A stretch of DNA of 64,000 nt, taken from the NCBI GenBank assembly GCA_019058445.1, contig JAHPZA010000006.1, positions 1,196,943-1,260,942 on the forward strand. The letters are read 5' to 3'. How positions within the stretch are numbered: position 1 is the stretch's first letter; every line of letters begins with the position of its first letter. Positions 46,490 to 55,376 of this stretch are shown in pieces. This DNA is from Promethearchaeota archaeon. Its GTDB lineage: Archaea > Asgardarchaeota > Lokiarchaeia > Sigyniarchaeales > SOKP01. Both the position numbers and the translations under genes were made by a program. Below the pieces are notes generated by a model that was given only the letters and a program-made list of their open reading frames with translations, ran no database searches and was not told where the DNA came from.

Positions 46490-46671
46490 TGATTTATCTC
46501 CGCTATTATAATTATATCATAAAATTTTATGAAAACTAAAAAGGTCTTAAAAGACAATAATGAAATTACTTTATTAAAAGAGGTGTATTAATGATTTATT
46601 AATTTATTGAGAATAGTGAGAGTGGTTCATCCAACAAAAATGTATTGTTCTCTTATAATCACAATAAAAAG

Positions 46672-46802
46672 CGGACCTAGCAGGATTTTCTTGCTCGGGG
46701 CTATCCCGTAGCATTTCGAACCTGCGACTTTCGGATTAGAAGTCCGACGCCCTATTTGCGCGGTTTTTTTTGATAAAAACCTCCAGGCTAGGCTATAGGT
46801 CC
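46672..46802 (-). tRNA. tRNA-Arg(TCT) with two introns (19/20: 46756-46782; 59/60: 46686-46714)
   Basis: Spliced product GGACCTA TA GCCT AGCCTGGATA GGGC G TCGGA CT TCT AA TCCGA AAGTC GCAGG TTCGAAT CCTGC TAGGTCC G; both junctions fold as BHB with one mismatch in the central helix. Confidence 0.9.
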
Positions 46803-47029
46803 TGAAGTTTATAAATGTAAGTATTTACTGTTTTAATATATTTAATAAAGTGTTTAAATTTTATGATATTATAAATAGACATTATTGATTATATATATTG
46901 AAATCATTTTATTCGAGATTATAGGAACAATTACTGATATATGAATTCGCTTACCATTTTAAGTAACAAATGATTATAAACAAAAATTACCATTAATATA
47001 ACATCATTACAAGAGATTAATAAGAAGAG

Positions 47030-48169
47030 GTGCTTTTAAAAAAATTGAATGATACCAAACAAAGGCAACGGGCAAGTCAAAAGAAATCAGAATTATTACG
47101 GGAGTTAACGAAATGTGATGAGACAATTTTAGAGTTAAAGGCTGAGGTAAAAAATTCTCATGATAAAGAAACGATATTAAATAGCGAAATTCGCAATCTT
47201 CAATCAGAAATTAAATACTTAGAAGCAAATAAAAAGAATATAGATATTTTAAATGAAAATATTCAATCTTCAGAGAAAAATATAAAAGATTTAGAAATAA
47301 AATTAGAAGGGAAAGAGCAAAAGATTGAAGAATTACTTAATGACAAAGAATTATTACTTAATGAAAAATCTGAAATTTTAGAAAGTAAGAATGAAATATT
47401 ACAGAAATTAAAAGAAAAAGAGTTAGAAATACAACAAAAAGATCAAAAAATTGCTGAATTGAGGGAAAAATTTAAACAATCAAGTAGTGATTTGCTTAGT
47501 AAAAGTATGCAAATTGATAAATTGGTTAAAAAAGATAAAAATTTAGGGGAACTTGAGGAGACAATTCAAAATTTAAGAAGTGAAATCGGAGAAAAGGACA
47601 CTTCAGAAAAAGAAAAAGTAAACAAACTTGAAGAAGAAATTAGAACTCTAGAAACTGAATTAGATGCATCCCAAGCAATAATAAAGGAATTAGAAACGGT
47701 TAAAAGTGAAATGCAAGAACAGATGCAAGAGCCCGAGAGTGGCAAGGCGACTATAGAAAACACCAAAATTCTTTCTAATTTGGATGACATATTTGAAATT
47801 ATCAAAGATATACTACCACAAGGAAAATCAAACATTCGATTAGTAGTACCGGAAATAGAGGACATTGGTAAATTCGAGTTAGATAATATGATTAAAGAAC
47901 TCCCCACTAAAGTCAGAATAAATATTGGTGCGGAAATTGAAGATCCCAGTGGAAACATTATTGTACAGGAAATAAAAGATCATTGTCAACTGACTAATTA
48001 TAGTGAGAAAAAGTTTATTGCTTTAAATGTTGATTCATCAAAGTTTTTAATTGGTCTATTCATTGGAGCTAATAAAATTCTTGGTATTTACACAGAAGTC
48101 TTAGAGGTAATTAACCTATTTAAACCAGCAATTATGGAACCATTCATAAGAGGGGTTAAAGTCAATTAA
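47030..48169 (+). CDS. long coiled-coil protein with C-terminal alpha/beta domain
   Basis: ~230-aa heptad region followed by a globular domain (KSNIRLVVPEI...FIALNVDSSKFLIG). Confidence 0.7.
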   Translation: MLLKKLNDTKQRQRASQKKSELLRELTKCDETILELKAEVKNSHDKETILNSEIRNLQSEIKYLEANKKNIDILNENIQSSEKNIKDLEIKLEGKEQKIEELLNDKELLLNEKSEILESKNEILQKLKEKELEIQQKDQKIAELREKFKQSSSDLLSKSMQIDKLVKKDKNLGELEETIQNLRSEIGEKDTSEKEKVNKLEEEIRTLETELDASQAIIKELETVKSEMQEQMQEPESGKATIENTKILSNLDDIFEIIKDILPQGKSNIRLVVPEIEDIGKFELDNMIKELPTKVRINIGAEIEDPSGNIIVQEIKDHCQLTNYSEKKFIALNVDSSKFLIGLFIGANKILGIYTEVLEVINLFKPAIMEPFIRGVKVN

Positions 48170-48210
48170 AATCTTTGATCAATACTAATAACATCTAAGG
48201 ATCTATTTTT

Positions 48211-49368
48211 TTAAGTTATAGATTTTATTTTCAAATCGTGTACTACCAACTCAGATTTAGGTGAATATGATTTTACAATCTTAGATTTTAGTACTTCTTC
48301 TATCTGCCAATTAAGCTCTTTTAATGAAAATTTTAATTTATCCTGAGCTTTTTCAATTGAATTAGGTTTTTCACAGAACTGATAATTATGCAAAATACCT
48401 CCTGATTTTTTCATTAAAAAACATGCTATATCTGTATAATCCAACGACTTTTCCGGTAAATTCATGATAACTCGGTCTGCTTTGTGTTTCAGTATAGACC
48501 CAAGGTTATTCAAAGGATCGATAAGAGCACTGATATTAATATGATGAGGGATGATTATACCCATTAATTTATTTAAACCAATATTTTCCTGCAAATAATT
48601 ATAGGCAATACGGTTAATATCAAAAGAGTGAATAGTTACAGGATGTTTTTTCGCAATTTGAATGGAGAATGGGCCCACTCCAGCAAATAAATCCATTATT
48701 ACTTCATTCCCTTTGATATTACTATTTGCGATCCTATTTCGTTCGTATACTAATCTTGGAGTAAAGAACGTTTGTTTTATATCAAGTTTGAAAATACACA
48801 TATTTTCTTTATGGATTGTTTCAGTTTTATTTTCCCCATACAAAAGGTTTAACTCTCTTAATCTATAGGTTCCTTTGATTTCACTTTTTTTTTCAAATAC
48901 AGAAGAGATACTTTTAGATCCCTCTGTTATAGCCTTAGCAATTTGTAGTTTAAGGGAGTTTAATTCTTGATTTTCCGAGCCTTGAAATTTATCAAATTCA
49001 ATGATAGCAATTTCTCCAATAATATCATATGAATTTGGAATTAAATCAATAAATTTACTTGGAATTTTATTTTCTAATGCCTCTTTTATGTTTTTATACT
49101 TATAATTTTTATGGTAAGTTCCTTTCATGGATATGATTTTAAAAAAGAATTTATCTTCTAAAAGTTCAATAAGAAGATTAATTAAATCATCATTTTTTAT
49201 TAATGGAAATAGGATATATCCCTTTTCTTTTAGAATTTTATACTTATTATCAATAATTGATTGATTTTTGAATTTTTTATGAATTAACTTAATTAATTCT
49301 TGACCATTGCTGTTTTCAATTTTTATATATTTTATACTTTCTTCCTCTCGTCTACTCATCATAATCAT
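48211..49368 (-). CDS. trm5: tRNA (guanine37-N1) methyltransferase Trm5 family
   Basis: SYDIIGEIAI, G.YR.R.L..LYG, DLFAGVGPF, DRVIMNLP. Confidence 0.88.
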   Translation of the reverse strand: MIMMSRREEESIKYIKIENSNGQELIKLIHKKFKNQSIIDNKYKILKEKGYILFPLIKNDDLINLLIELLEDKFFFKIISMKGTYHKNYKYKNIKEALENKIPSKFIDLIPNSYDIIGEIAIIEFDKFQGSENQELNSLKLQIAKAITEGSKSISSVFEKKSEIKGTYRLRELNLLYGENKTETIHKENMCIFKLDIKQTFFTPRLVYERNRIANSNIKGNEVIMDLFAGVGPFSIQIAKKHPVTIHSFDINRIAYNYLQENIGLNKLMGIIIPHHINISALIDPLNNLGSILKHKADRVIMNLPEKSLDYTDIACFLMKKSGGILHNYQFCEKPNSIEKAQDKLKFSLKELNWQIEEVLKSKIVKSYSPKSELVVHDLKIKSIT

Positions 49369-49783
49369 TTACTTCAAAAGAAATTTTAAATTTTTTTTCT
49401 TGATTTTTAAGAGCTTTGATTAAATTTCTGTCCAAATCGATGGAAGATTTTGTACAATTAATCAATATAGTTCTATCACATATAAAACTACTCTTGCGAA
49501 AAACTAAATCATTCTTACTCAATAATGTTAATCTTGGATCACCATAGCCATAAAATGTATCCTCGATATCATTGAAAATAATTGATACTTTTACTTTTTT
49601 CCCTTGCTGTATTTTTTCTTTTAAAGTTGCATTAAGGCCTTGGCATGCTTTTGATGCTCTAATTCCTAAAATACAGGTTCCTTTTGTGGTCAGATAGGTA
49701 TCTTTGGTAATTTCTATTGTAGTGTTATGAGTACAGAATATATTTTCATGGCCATATGCATAAATTGTGTCTAAAATCACCAT
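49352..49783 (-). CDS. DUF371 family protein
   Basis: AYGH.NI..TH.TT.EITKD.YLT..GTCI.GI, FRKS.F..DRT. Confidence 0.85.
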   Translation of the reverse strand: MVILDTIYAYGHENIFCTHNTTIEITKDTYLTTKGTCILGIRASKACQGLNATLKEKIQQGKKVKVSIIFNDIEDTFYGYGDPRLTLLSKNDLVFRKSSFICDRTILINCTKSSIDLDRNLIKALKNQEKKFKISFEVNDYDE

Positions 49784-49789
49784 AATAAA

Positions 49790-51436
49790 TCAACTAGCTC
49801 TAAAAAATTCTAATATCTCATCTAAACTATGAGAGGTTTGATAATTTGATTTCAGCTTGTTTTCTAATAGTGAATTTAGTGTTTCAATTAATTTATCTTG
49901 GAAATATGTTTCTTCTTCACCAAATTGATTAATAAACCTCTCTGGAATTAACATCCCTCCTTTTTGATAATGCTTCAAGTTCTTTTCTAGGAAAATAGAA
50001 CAATTTGTTATTGTTTTATTATACAGATAATCCTCTTCATTTGAGGAACTAATCGATTCATATTGTCCTATCGGAAAAGTATTTGTTAGTTCAAAAGGCA
50101 TCAATCCAAAACATTGAGAAGTAAAGATTATATGAAGATCTTTCCGAGGAATTATCTTATTCTTATTTAATCTTTCCATCCATTCTTGAAGAGTAGGAGA
50201 GCTTTCTATTCGGGCATCAAGCTCAGGTAAAATTAACATATATTTTATCCCATTTGGAACTCTGTAATTAGCCGTTAATCTCTTAAAAACTCTAGCGAAT
50301 AAGGGTCTGTAAATACTTTCGGGGGCCGTTAATAATCTCCCGTGTTTTTTATATATTTTTTCGTAAGATTCGAATGTTAATTCTTCGGATTTCACAATTT
50401 TAGCGGCATTTACGAGATTTGGATGAGTCCTTATTCTTTGTTCTACAAGTTCCCACAAATTTCCTTCCCGTATTGCTTGACGGATTGTCCTTAATTCAGA
50501 AAATGAAAGAAATAAGTTATGCTTCGCGAGTAACTCTATTTTTATATTTTTTTCAAGACTTCTTAATTCTTTCGGACTATAATCTGTACAAATTGGGCAG
50601 TGACATGGAAATTCCTCTAACTCATCTAAATGTTTTGTTCCAGTTGATAAAGTGAAATACCGGTTTTCTTTAGCATATAAAATATAAGCTGCTGAATCCA
50701 TTAGATCACATCCACATGCAACTGCTAATGAAAAAAATTGTGGTAAGCCTAATCCAAACATATGAAGAGGTTTATGAGGTAGGATATTTTTTTTTACATT
50801 CAGTAGAATTTGAATTGTCAAATCAAATCTATAATCTAAAAAAGCTTTAACTAATCCGCCTATTGCGTAAATCCCAAAATCTAATTTACTCATTTTCTTA
50901 GTAGAATATGTGAGGAGATCTTGATATCGGGCACCATGAATAGGAGCAAACCATTCACAATTCTTATTGGTCCTTCTTTTGATGTTATTTTTAGCCCGTT
51001 CAATAGTACTAAGAACTTTATTTTTCGCAACATTATAATCATCATTTAATTGAACCGGTATATCTAATATGACCGGAAAATCAGAGCCAATATCTTCTTG
51101 AAATTTTTCAATCTCTTCTGGGCTTACATTAATTTCAGAATTCTGGTACATATATTGTTGAAAGGCACCACTATCAGTTGCAATTAACCCATGATAGCCC
51201 AAAAAATTATGAATTTTTTTCTTTTTGATTTCTTCTTTTAAATCATCTTTTTGAAAGATGATGTATGCATTAGTGAAAATACATTGAGCCCCAAATTTTT
51301 TGAGTGTTGATGGAGGAATAACGTTCTTAAAAGGATGAACCACTGGAAATATATTAGGAGTAATCATTTCCTTATTGTTGACTTCTAATTTTCCAATTCT
51401 TCCTAATGCATCAATATCCAATATTTCATACTTCAT
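49790..51436 (-). CDS. tgtA: archaeosine tRNA-guanine(15) transglycosylase
   Basis: TDSGAFQ, LDIP, HMFGLG.P, DLMDSAAY, C.CP.C, HNL, WELVEQR.R.HP. Confidence 0.92.
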   Translation of the reverse strand: MKYEILDIDALGRIGKLEVNNKEMITPNIFPVVHPFKNVIPPSTLKKFGAQCIFTNAYIIFQKDDLKEEIKKKKIHNFLGYHGLIATDSGAFQQYMYQNSEINVSPEEIEKFQEDIGSDFPVILDIPVQLNDDYNVAKNKVLSTIERAKNNIKRRTNKNCEWFAPIHGARYQDLLTYSTKKMSKLDFGIYAIGGLVKAFLDYRFDLTIQILLNVKKNILPHKPLHMFGLGLPQFFSLAVACGCDLMDSAAYILYAKENRYFTLSTGTKHLDELEEFPCHCPICTDYSPKELRSLEKNIKIELLAKHNLFLSFSELRTIRQAIREGNLWELVEQRIRTHPNLVNAAKIVKSEELTFESYEKIYKKHGRLLTAPESIYRPLFARVFKRLTANYRVPNGIKYMLILPELDARIESSPTLQEWMERLNKNKIIPRKDLHIIFTSQCFGLMPFELTNTFPIGQYESISSSNEEDYLYNKTITNCSIFLEKNLKHYQKGGMLIPERFINQFGEEETYFQDKLIETLNSLLENKLKSNYQTSHSLDEILEFFRAS

Positions 51437-51446
51437 TTACAAACCT

Positions 51447-52055
51447 TCAAGGTTTTATTTTATCATCAAAAAAATCATTTAAGGAATTGTCCTGAAATAA
51501 CTTTTCAAGCCAATCAATCTTTCCAATTAAATAATTCTCAGCATTTTCATCTTTAATAATATTCGTGATAATAATATCCACAACTGATTCTATCGTTAAT
51601 ATGCTAGTATTAAGTTCATATATGGGAATTTTTAAGTTTTTTTGAATAAAATAATTTGCACAATTTCCCAAAATTTCTGCTTGTACATTTTCCAATATTT
51701 TATCATTTTTATACCCTCTATTTTCTAATCGACTTCTTAACATGTACGGATCACATCTTAATATGATTGCATAATCAATATAATTCTCTGGGATAATATC
51801 GGAAAAATGTCCTTCTATTATAAGATACTCTGGTTCATCGTTCTTATATTCCTCAATTAAAGTTATAATATGCGTTAGTAATTTATCTGTATCAACTACA
51901 TAAGTATCTCGCTTAATATCAAAATGAATATTAAATTCTTCGAACACTTCTGGCTCATTTAAAGAAAGAACCTTACCATTATATAATTCAGCAATCATGT
52001 TTGAAACGGAGGTTTTTCCCGTCCCGGGAGTTCCAGAAATTACAATGATCATCAT
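51447..52055 (-). CDS. archaeal AK6/Fap7-type adenylate kinase
   Basis: SGTPGTGKT, IIEGH, LRCDP..L..RL..RGY..KI.ENV.AE. Confidence 0.88.
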   Translation of the reverse strand: MMIIVISGTPGTGKTSVSNMIAELYNGKVLSLNEPEVFEEFNIHFDIKRDTYVVDTDKLLTHIITLIEEYKNDEPEYLIIEGHFSDIIPENYIDYAIILRCDPYMLRSRLENRGYKNDKILENVQAEILGNCANYFIQKNLKIPIYELNTSILTIESVVDIIITNIIKDENAENYLIGKIDWLEKLFQDNSLNDFFDDKIKP

Positions 52056-52130
52056 TTATAATTTTATAATAGTGAGAGCGTATTAAAAAAGTAATGAAAA
52101 ATAACCTCAAATATATCGACATATCATGAA

Positions 52131-52237
52131 TGGTGCGAAAGGGGGGCTTTTCGCAACGGGAGATATTCCCGCTCTGCTTCGAACCCCCGACCTCACGGTT
52201 ATCAGCCGTGCGCTATACCAGGCTAAGCCACTCTCGC
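52131..52237 (-). tRNA. tRNA-Ile(GAT) with 30-nt intron at 59/60 (52148-52177), CCA encoded
   Basis: GCGAGAG/CTTTCGC acceptor, CACGG-CT GAT AA-CCGTG, T arm GGGGG/CCCCC; strict BHB with TTCG/CGAA and two AAG bulges. Confidence 0.93.
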
Positions 52238-52392
52238 GTTGATGGAAAGTTTTCTTTTGATATTATTATTAAAAATGGTCTTAATTGAATAATTCTAAGG
52301 ATGAATGTTTAAAAAATTTTTTGACGAGCGCATACCTAAGTTTTAATATTCATACGAATATAATTTTAATAGTAATTAATAGGAGTGGTTCA

Positions 52393-52824
52393 ATGCCCAA
52401 TGTATTAAATTATTCTATTATTGGATTAGAAGATTACTCAATAAGTTTTGAGAGCTATTGTCGTCAGTGCGAAATCCAAAACCATTGTAAATACGGTAAA
52501 GAAAATCCCTTTACAATTGAAATTAATTGTAATGACTTGAACCAAGCAAAAGAAAGAATTAAATTCGAGCAACTTCAGAAACTACAGAAAACAGAGGATG
52601 TTTCGGTGCCTTATGAAGAATTAATAACAAAAGTTAAAATTAATCTCCAAAATATTTTCAGTCAATTATGGAAGGATAAAATTAAAGCTCAGAAAGAAGA
52701 TATTAGATGTCTCGATTCTCGAAAAATCGATTCTATGTTAGTAGCTCAACAAGGACAGGATTGGTGGCAAGATTTCAACCATACTATTAAATTGATTAAT
52801 AATGAATGCGAAAAAATTATTTAA
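52393..52824 (+). CDS. hypothetical Cys-containing protein
   Basis: SD AGGAGTGG before ATG 52393; CxxC...C...C cluster. Confidence 0.65.
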   Translation: MPNVLNYSIIGLEDYSISFESYCRQCEIQNHCKYGKENPFTIEINCNDLNQAKERIKFEQLQKLQKTEDVSVPYEELITKVKINLQNIFSQLWKDKIKAQKEDIRCLDSRKIDSMLVAQQGQDWWQDFNHTIKLINNECEKII

Positions 52825-53008
52825 ACTCCTTTTAAAATGAACTTTGGATTCGCGCATTCTCAGTAAGGACGTGAATCATAATCAAATAACATTAATTTCC
52901 TGTTAAGTTCAGAATTTTTATCAATTCATTAAAAAGATTATAATGAAAATTGAATAATATCGCTTTACGATAATAATCAGAAATTTGTTTAGATATAAAT
53001 GAGTTATT

Positions 53009-53542
53009 TTATTGATTTTCTAATTCTGTGGCATAATATATCAACCATTTTGCCATAGCTTGAAAAGATTCTTTTATATTAATATCTTCCTTGGATGAGC
53101 AAAATACACATTGATTACACTTTGCTTGTTCAGCATAATCATTAGCAGTATTATAATCAGTTTCATGATTTGGTAAATCCCATTTCATTCCCATAAGGAT
53201 TATGGGGATAAATCCCGCTTTTTGACGAATTATTTTTAACCATTCTGGTATTTGCCTAAAGGTATCATAATCTGTAATATCAAAACATATAAATGCTCCA
53301 CTAGCACCTTTACAATAATCTGGTAGAAGTTCACGAAATCTTCGCTCTCCAGCAAAATCCCAAATTTGCATCTTTACTTCCTCACTAGTATCAAGGGTTT
53401 CAGATTTTGTATGGAAACCCGCTCCTATTGTCATTTTATATCCTTCTTCAAATTTCCCAGTACAATAACGAGTGATCATCGCAGTTTTTCCAACACCGCC
53501 GGCTCCTGCAACAATTACTTTAAAAATCCATGAGCTTTGCAT
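53009..53542 (-). CDS. Ras-superfamily (Rab-like) small GTPase
   Basis: FKVIVAGAGGVGKT, TIG, QIWDFAG, MKWD, CSSK. Confidence 0.9.
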   Translation of the reverse strand: MQSSWIFKVIVAGAGGVGKTAMITRYCTGKFEEGYKMTIGAGFHTKSETLDTSEEVKMQIWDFAGERRFRELLPDYCKGASGAFICFDITDYDTFRQIPEWLKIIRQKAGFIPIILMGMKWDLPNHETDYNTANDYAEQAKCNQCVFCSSKEDINIKESFQAMAKWLIYYATELENQ

Positions 53543-53770
53543 AATTTTTTAAGACCCCTTTAGATCATGTTATTAATTATATCTAAGAATTTGAATTTAA
53601 ATCTTTTTTTTACGTTAAATGTATGAAATGAGATACATGAATTTTAAACTGAAGATTTTTAATAAAATGTAGTTGAAAGAAGATATAATACTATAGTGTT
53701 AGTAATAACACATTATATGTAACGCAAAAAGAAAAAATACAAATGTATTTGATCACTTAGATAAATAATA

Positions 53771-54202
53771 ATGAGTGTTCCAATATATAAGGTTATTTTT
53801 AAAGGAATTAAGGAAAATGATGAGAGTAAGTTAAATTTAGTTTTTAAAGGTATAAGATCCGATAAAAGAATAAATATCCCTTCTCAATTAATCTTAAATT
53901 TGAAAGAAATTAGCAAATCTGTCCAAAACGTAATATCCTATCAAAATATATCAGAAGTAATAAAGGTGGGAAAAGATTCTTCTAGACTTTCCTATATTTA
54001 TTATTTTATCATACTTTACACCTCTATAGATGGAAAAAAAAAAGGTTTTTTAATTGGAAATGAAAAAAAATTGGGAGATATCCTTATTGGAACGTGGCCA
54101 TTTAATGATGAATTCCCCACCGAAAAAATCTCTGACACAATAAGTAATTTAGTTAAGAATATCGAAAATTACAAGGAAATCTGTCTAATTAGTTCTGTAT
54201 AA
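53771..54202 (+). CDS. hypothetical protein
   Basis: 143-aa ORF. Confidence 0.6.
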   Translation: MSVPIYKVIFKGIKENDESKLNLVFKGIRSDKRINIPSQLILNLKEISKSVQNVISYQNISEVIKVGKDSSRLSYIYYFIILYTSIDGKKKGFLIGNEKKLGDILIGTWPFNDEFPTEKISDTISNLVKNIENYKEICLISSV

Positions 54203-54326
54203 TGGGAAAATAAAAAAAATTTGCTCTATAATTTAAAATCTCTTACATCAATTTTGTTTTATAAAATTTTGTGTCTAATTTTGGAAATATTAAAATTATT
54301 AGCCATATTTATTAAATTATTATAGA

Positions 54327-54519
54327 TTAGATAGTACTATCTGATATAATTTTTCATATAGACTATGTTTTTTTTATGCATTTTGCGATTTTTTAAAATA
54401 ATAGCTTAGTCAACTTCGCTTAAAAAAAATTTTTTACATGATAAATATAATTTTAATTCGTAAATTATCACCAAAAAGATAGATTTAGATTTTAAAAGTA
54501 ATTAGATAATATTATCTAA
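54327..54519. repeat. two related 18-bp palindromes TTAGATA-N4-TATCT(A/G)A
   Basis: TTAGATAGTACTATCTGA (54327-54344) and perfect TTAGATAATATTATCTAA (54502-54519). Confidence 0.6.
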
Positions 54520-54796
54520 GTTAGGATTTTTTCTGTCGGTTTTATGTCGGCACAATATTTCAGATTAGATAATGATAATAAGGATTCCAATTTTCAAACT
54601 GTTAGACAATCTAAAATGCAATGAGAACTATGAAATTTAGCTATTACTTATTTAATATCCTCCCTAGTAGGAATAAAAAAGCATTATTTTAAATCTAATA
54701 ACTATTAAGGGATATCTGATTTTAAATAAAAGGTAAAATGCCAATTAAGAATTCAAAATCTTAGAAAAAGGCGTAGTGAAATATCAATTTAGATGG

Positions 54797-55027
54797 TTAA
54801 CGCCACACAAAGAAGAGCAGAAAGAACATCACACCCATCATTCCTAAAAGGAAAATCATTTGAATTTTACCTTTACTTTTTTGTTTCTGTTCATAGCCGA
54901 GATATTTATCCCTACATGCTTGTGAGCAAAATTTTTTGTCAGGGGGGATAGCTTTTCCACATATGGTACAGTGAGAATGTGGGCCCCATTTTTTTTTAAT
55001 TTGATCTTTCCATGAAGATTGAGACAT
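54797..55027 (-). CDS. DUF2116-type Zn-ribbon membrane protein
   Basis: PHSHCTICGKAIPPDKKFCSQAC plus C-terminal TM. Confidence 0.85.
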   Translation of the reverse strand: MSQSSWKDQIKKKWGPHSHCTICGKAIPPDKKFCSQACRDKYLGYEQKQKSKGKIQMIFLLGMMGVMFFLLFFVWR

Positions 55028-55376
55028 TTTTTTAAAACTTCATTTTTTCATTTTCTATTATTATAGTTAAATAACTAAAATTAAATAACTTATTGTATCT
55101 TGGTATTTATTTTGCGATCTAAAATTTTAATATTATAATTTGAGACTTTTTTAAAAGGAGGATTCCATGCAAATTTCAAAGATATTATTTAAGACTTTTT
55201 AGCCTTTTTAATATTCAGTAATAAAATCAATTGGGCTTTTTTAAAATATTAAAATTAATTTGCTTTGAATTTTTTGATTTATTATTGAAGAAAGATAGAG
55301 AATACAAAATTGAAATTATTAAGGGAAGTGAAAAAAAATAAGGATCCTTGCTGAACTAAAATATGACCATCAAGAG

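Noticed and set aside
46579-46602. SD GAGGTG followed by ATG ATT TAT TAA mini-ORF
   Set aside because: Three codons with no context or downstream gene; cannot be supported.
52988-53587. dif-like half sites TTTAGATATAA (52988) and TTATATCTAAG (~53577)
   Set aside because: Neither has a matching partner arm at the 6-bp spacing required for a XerA site.
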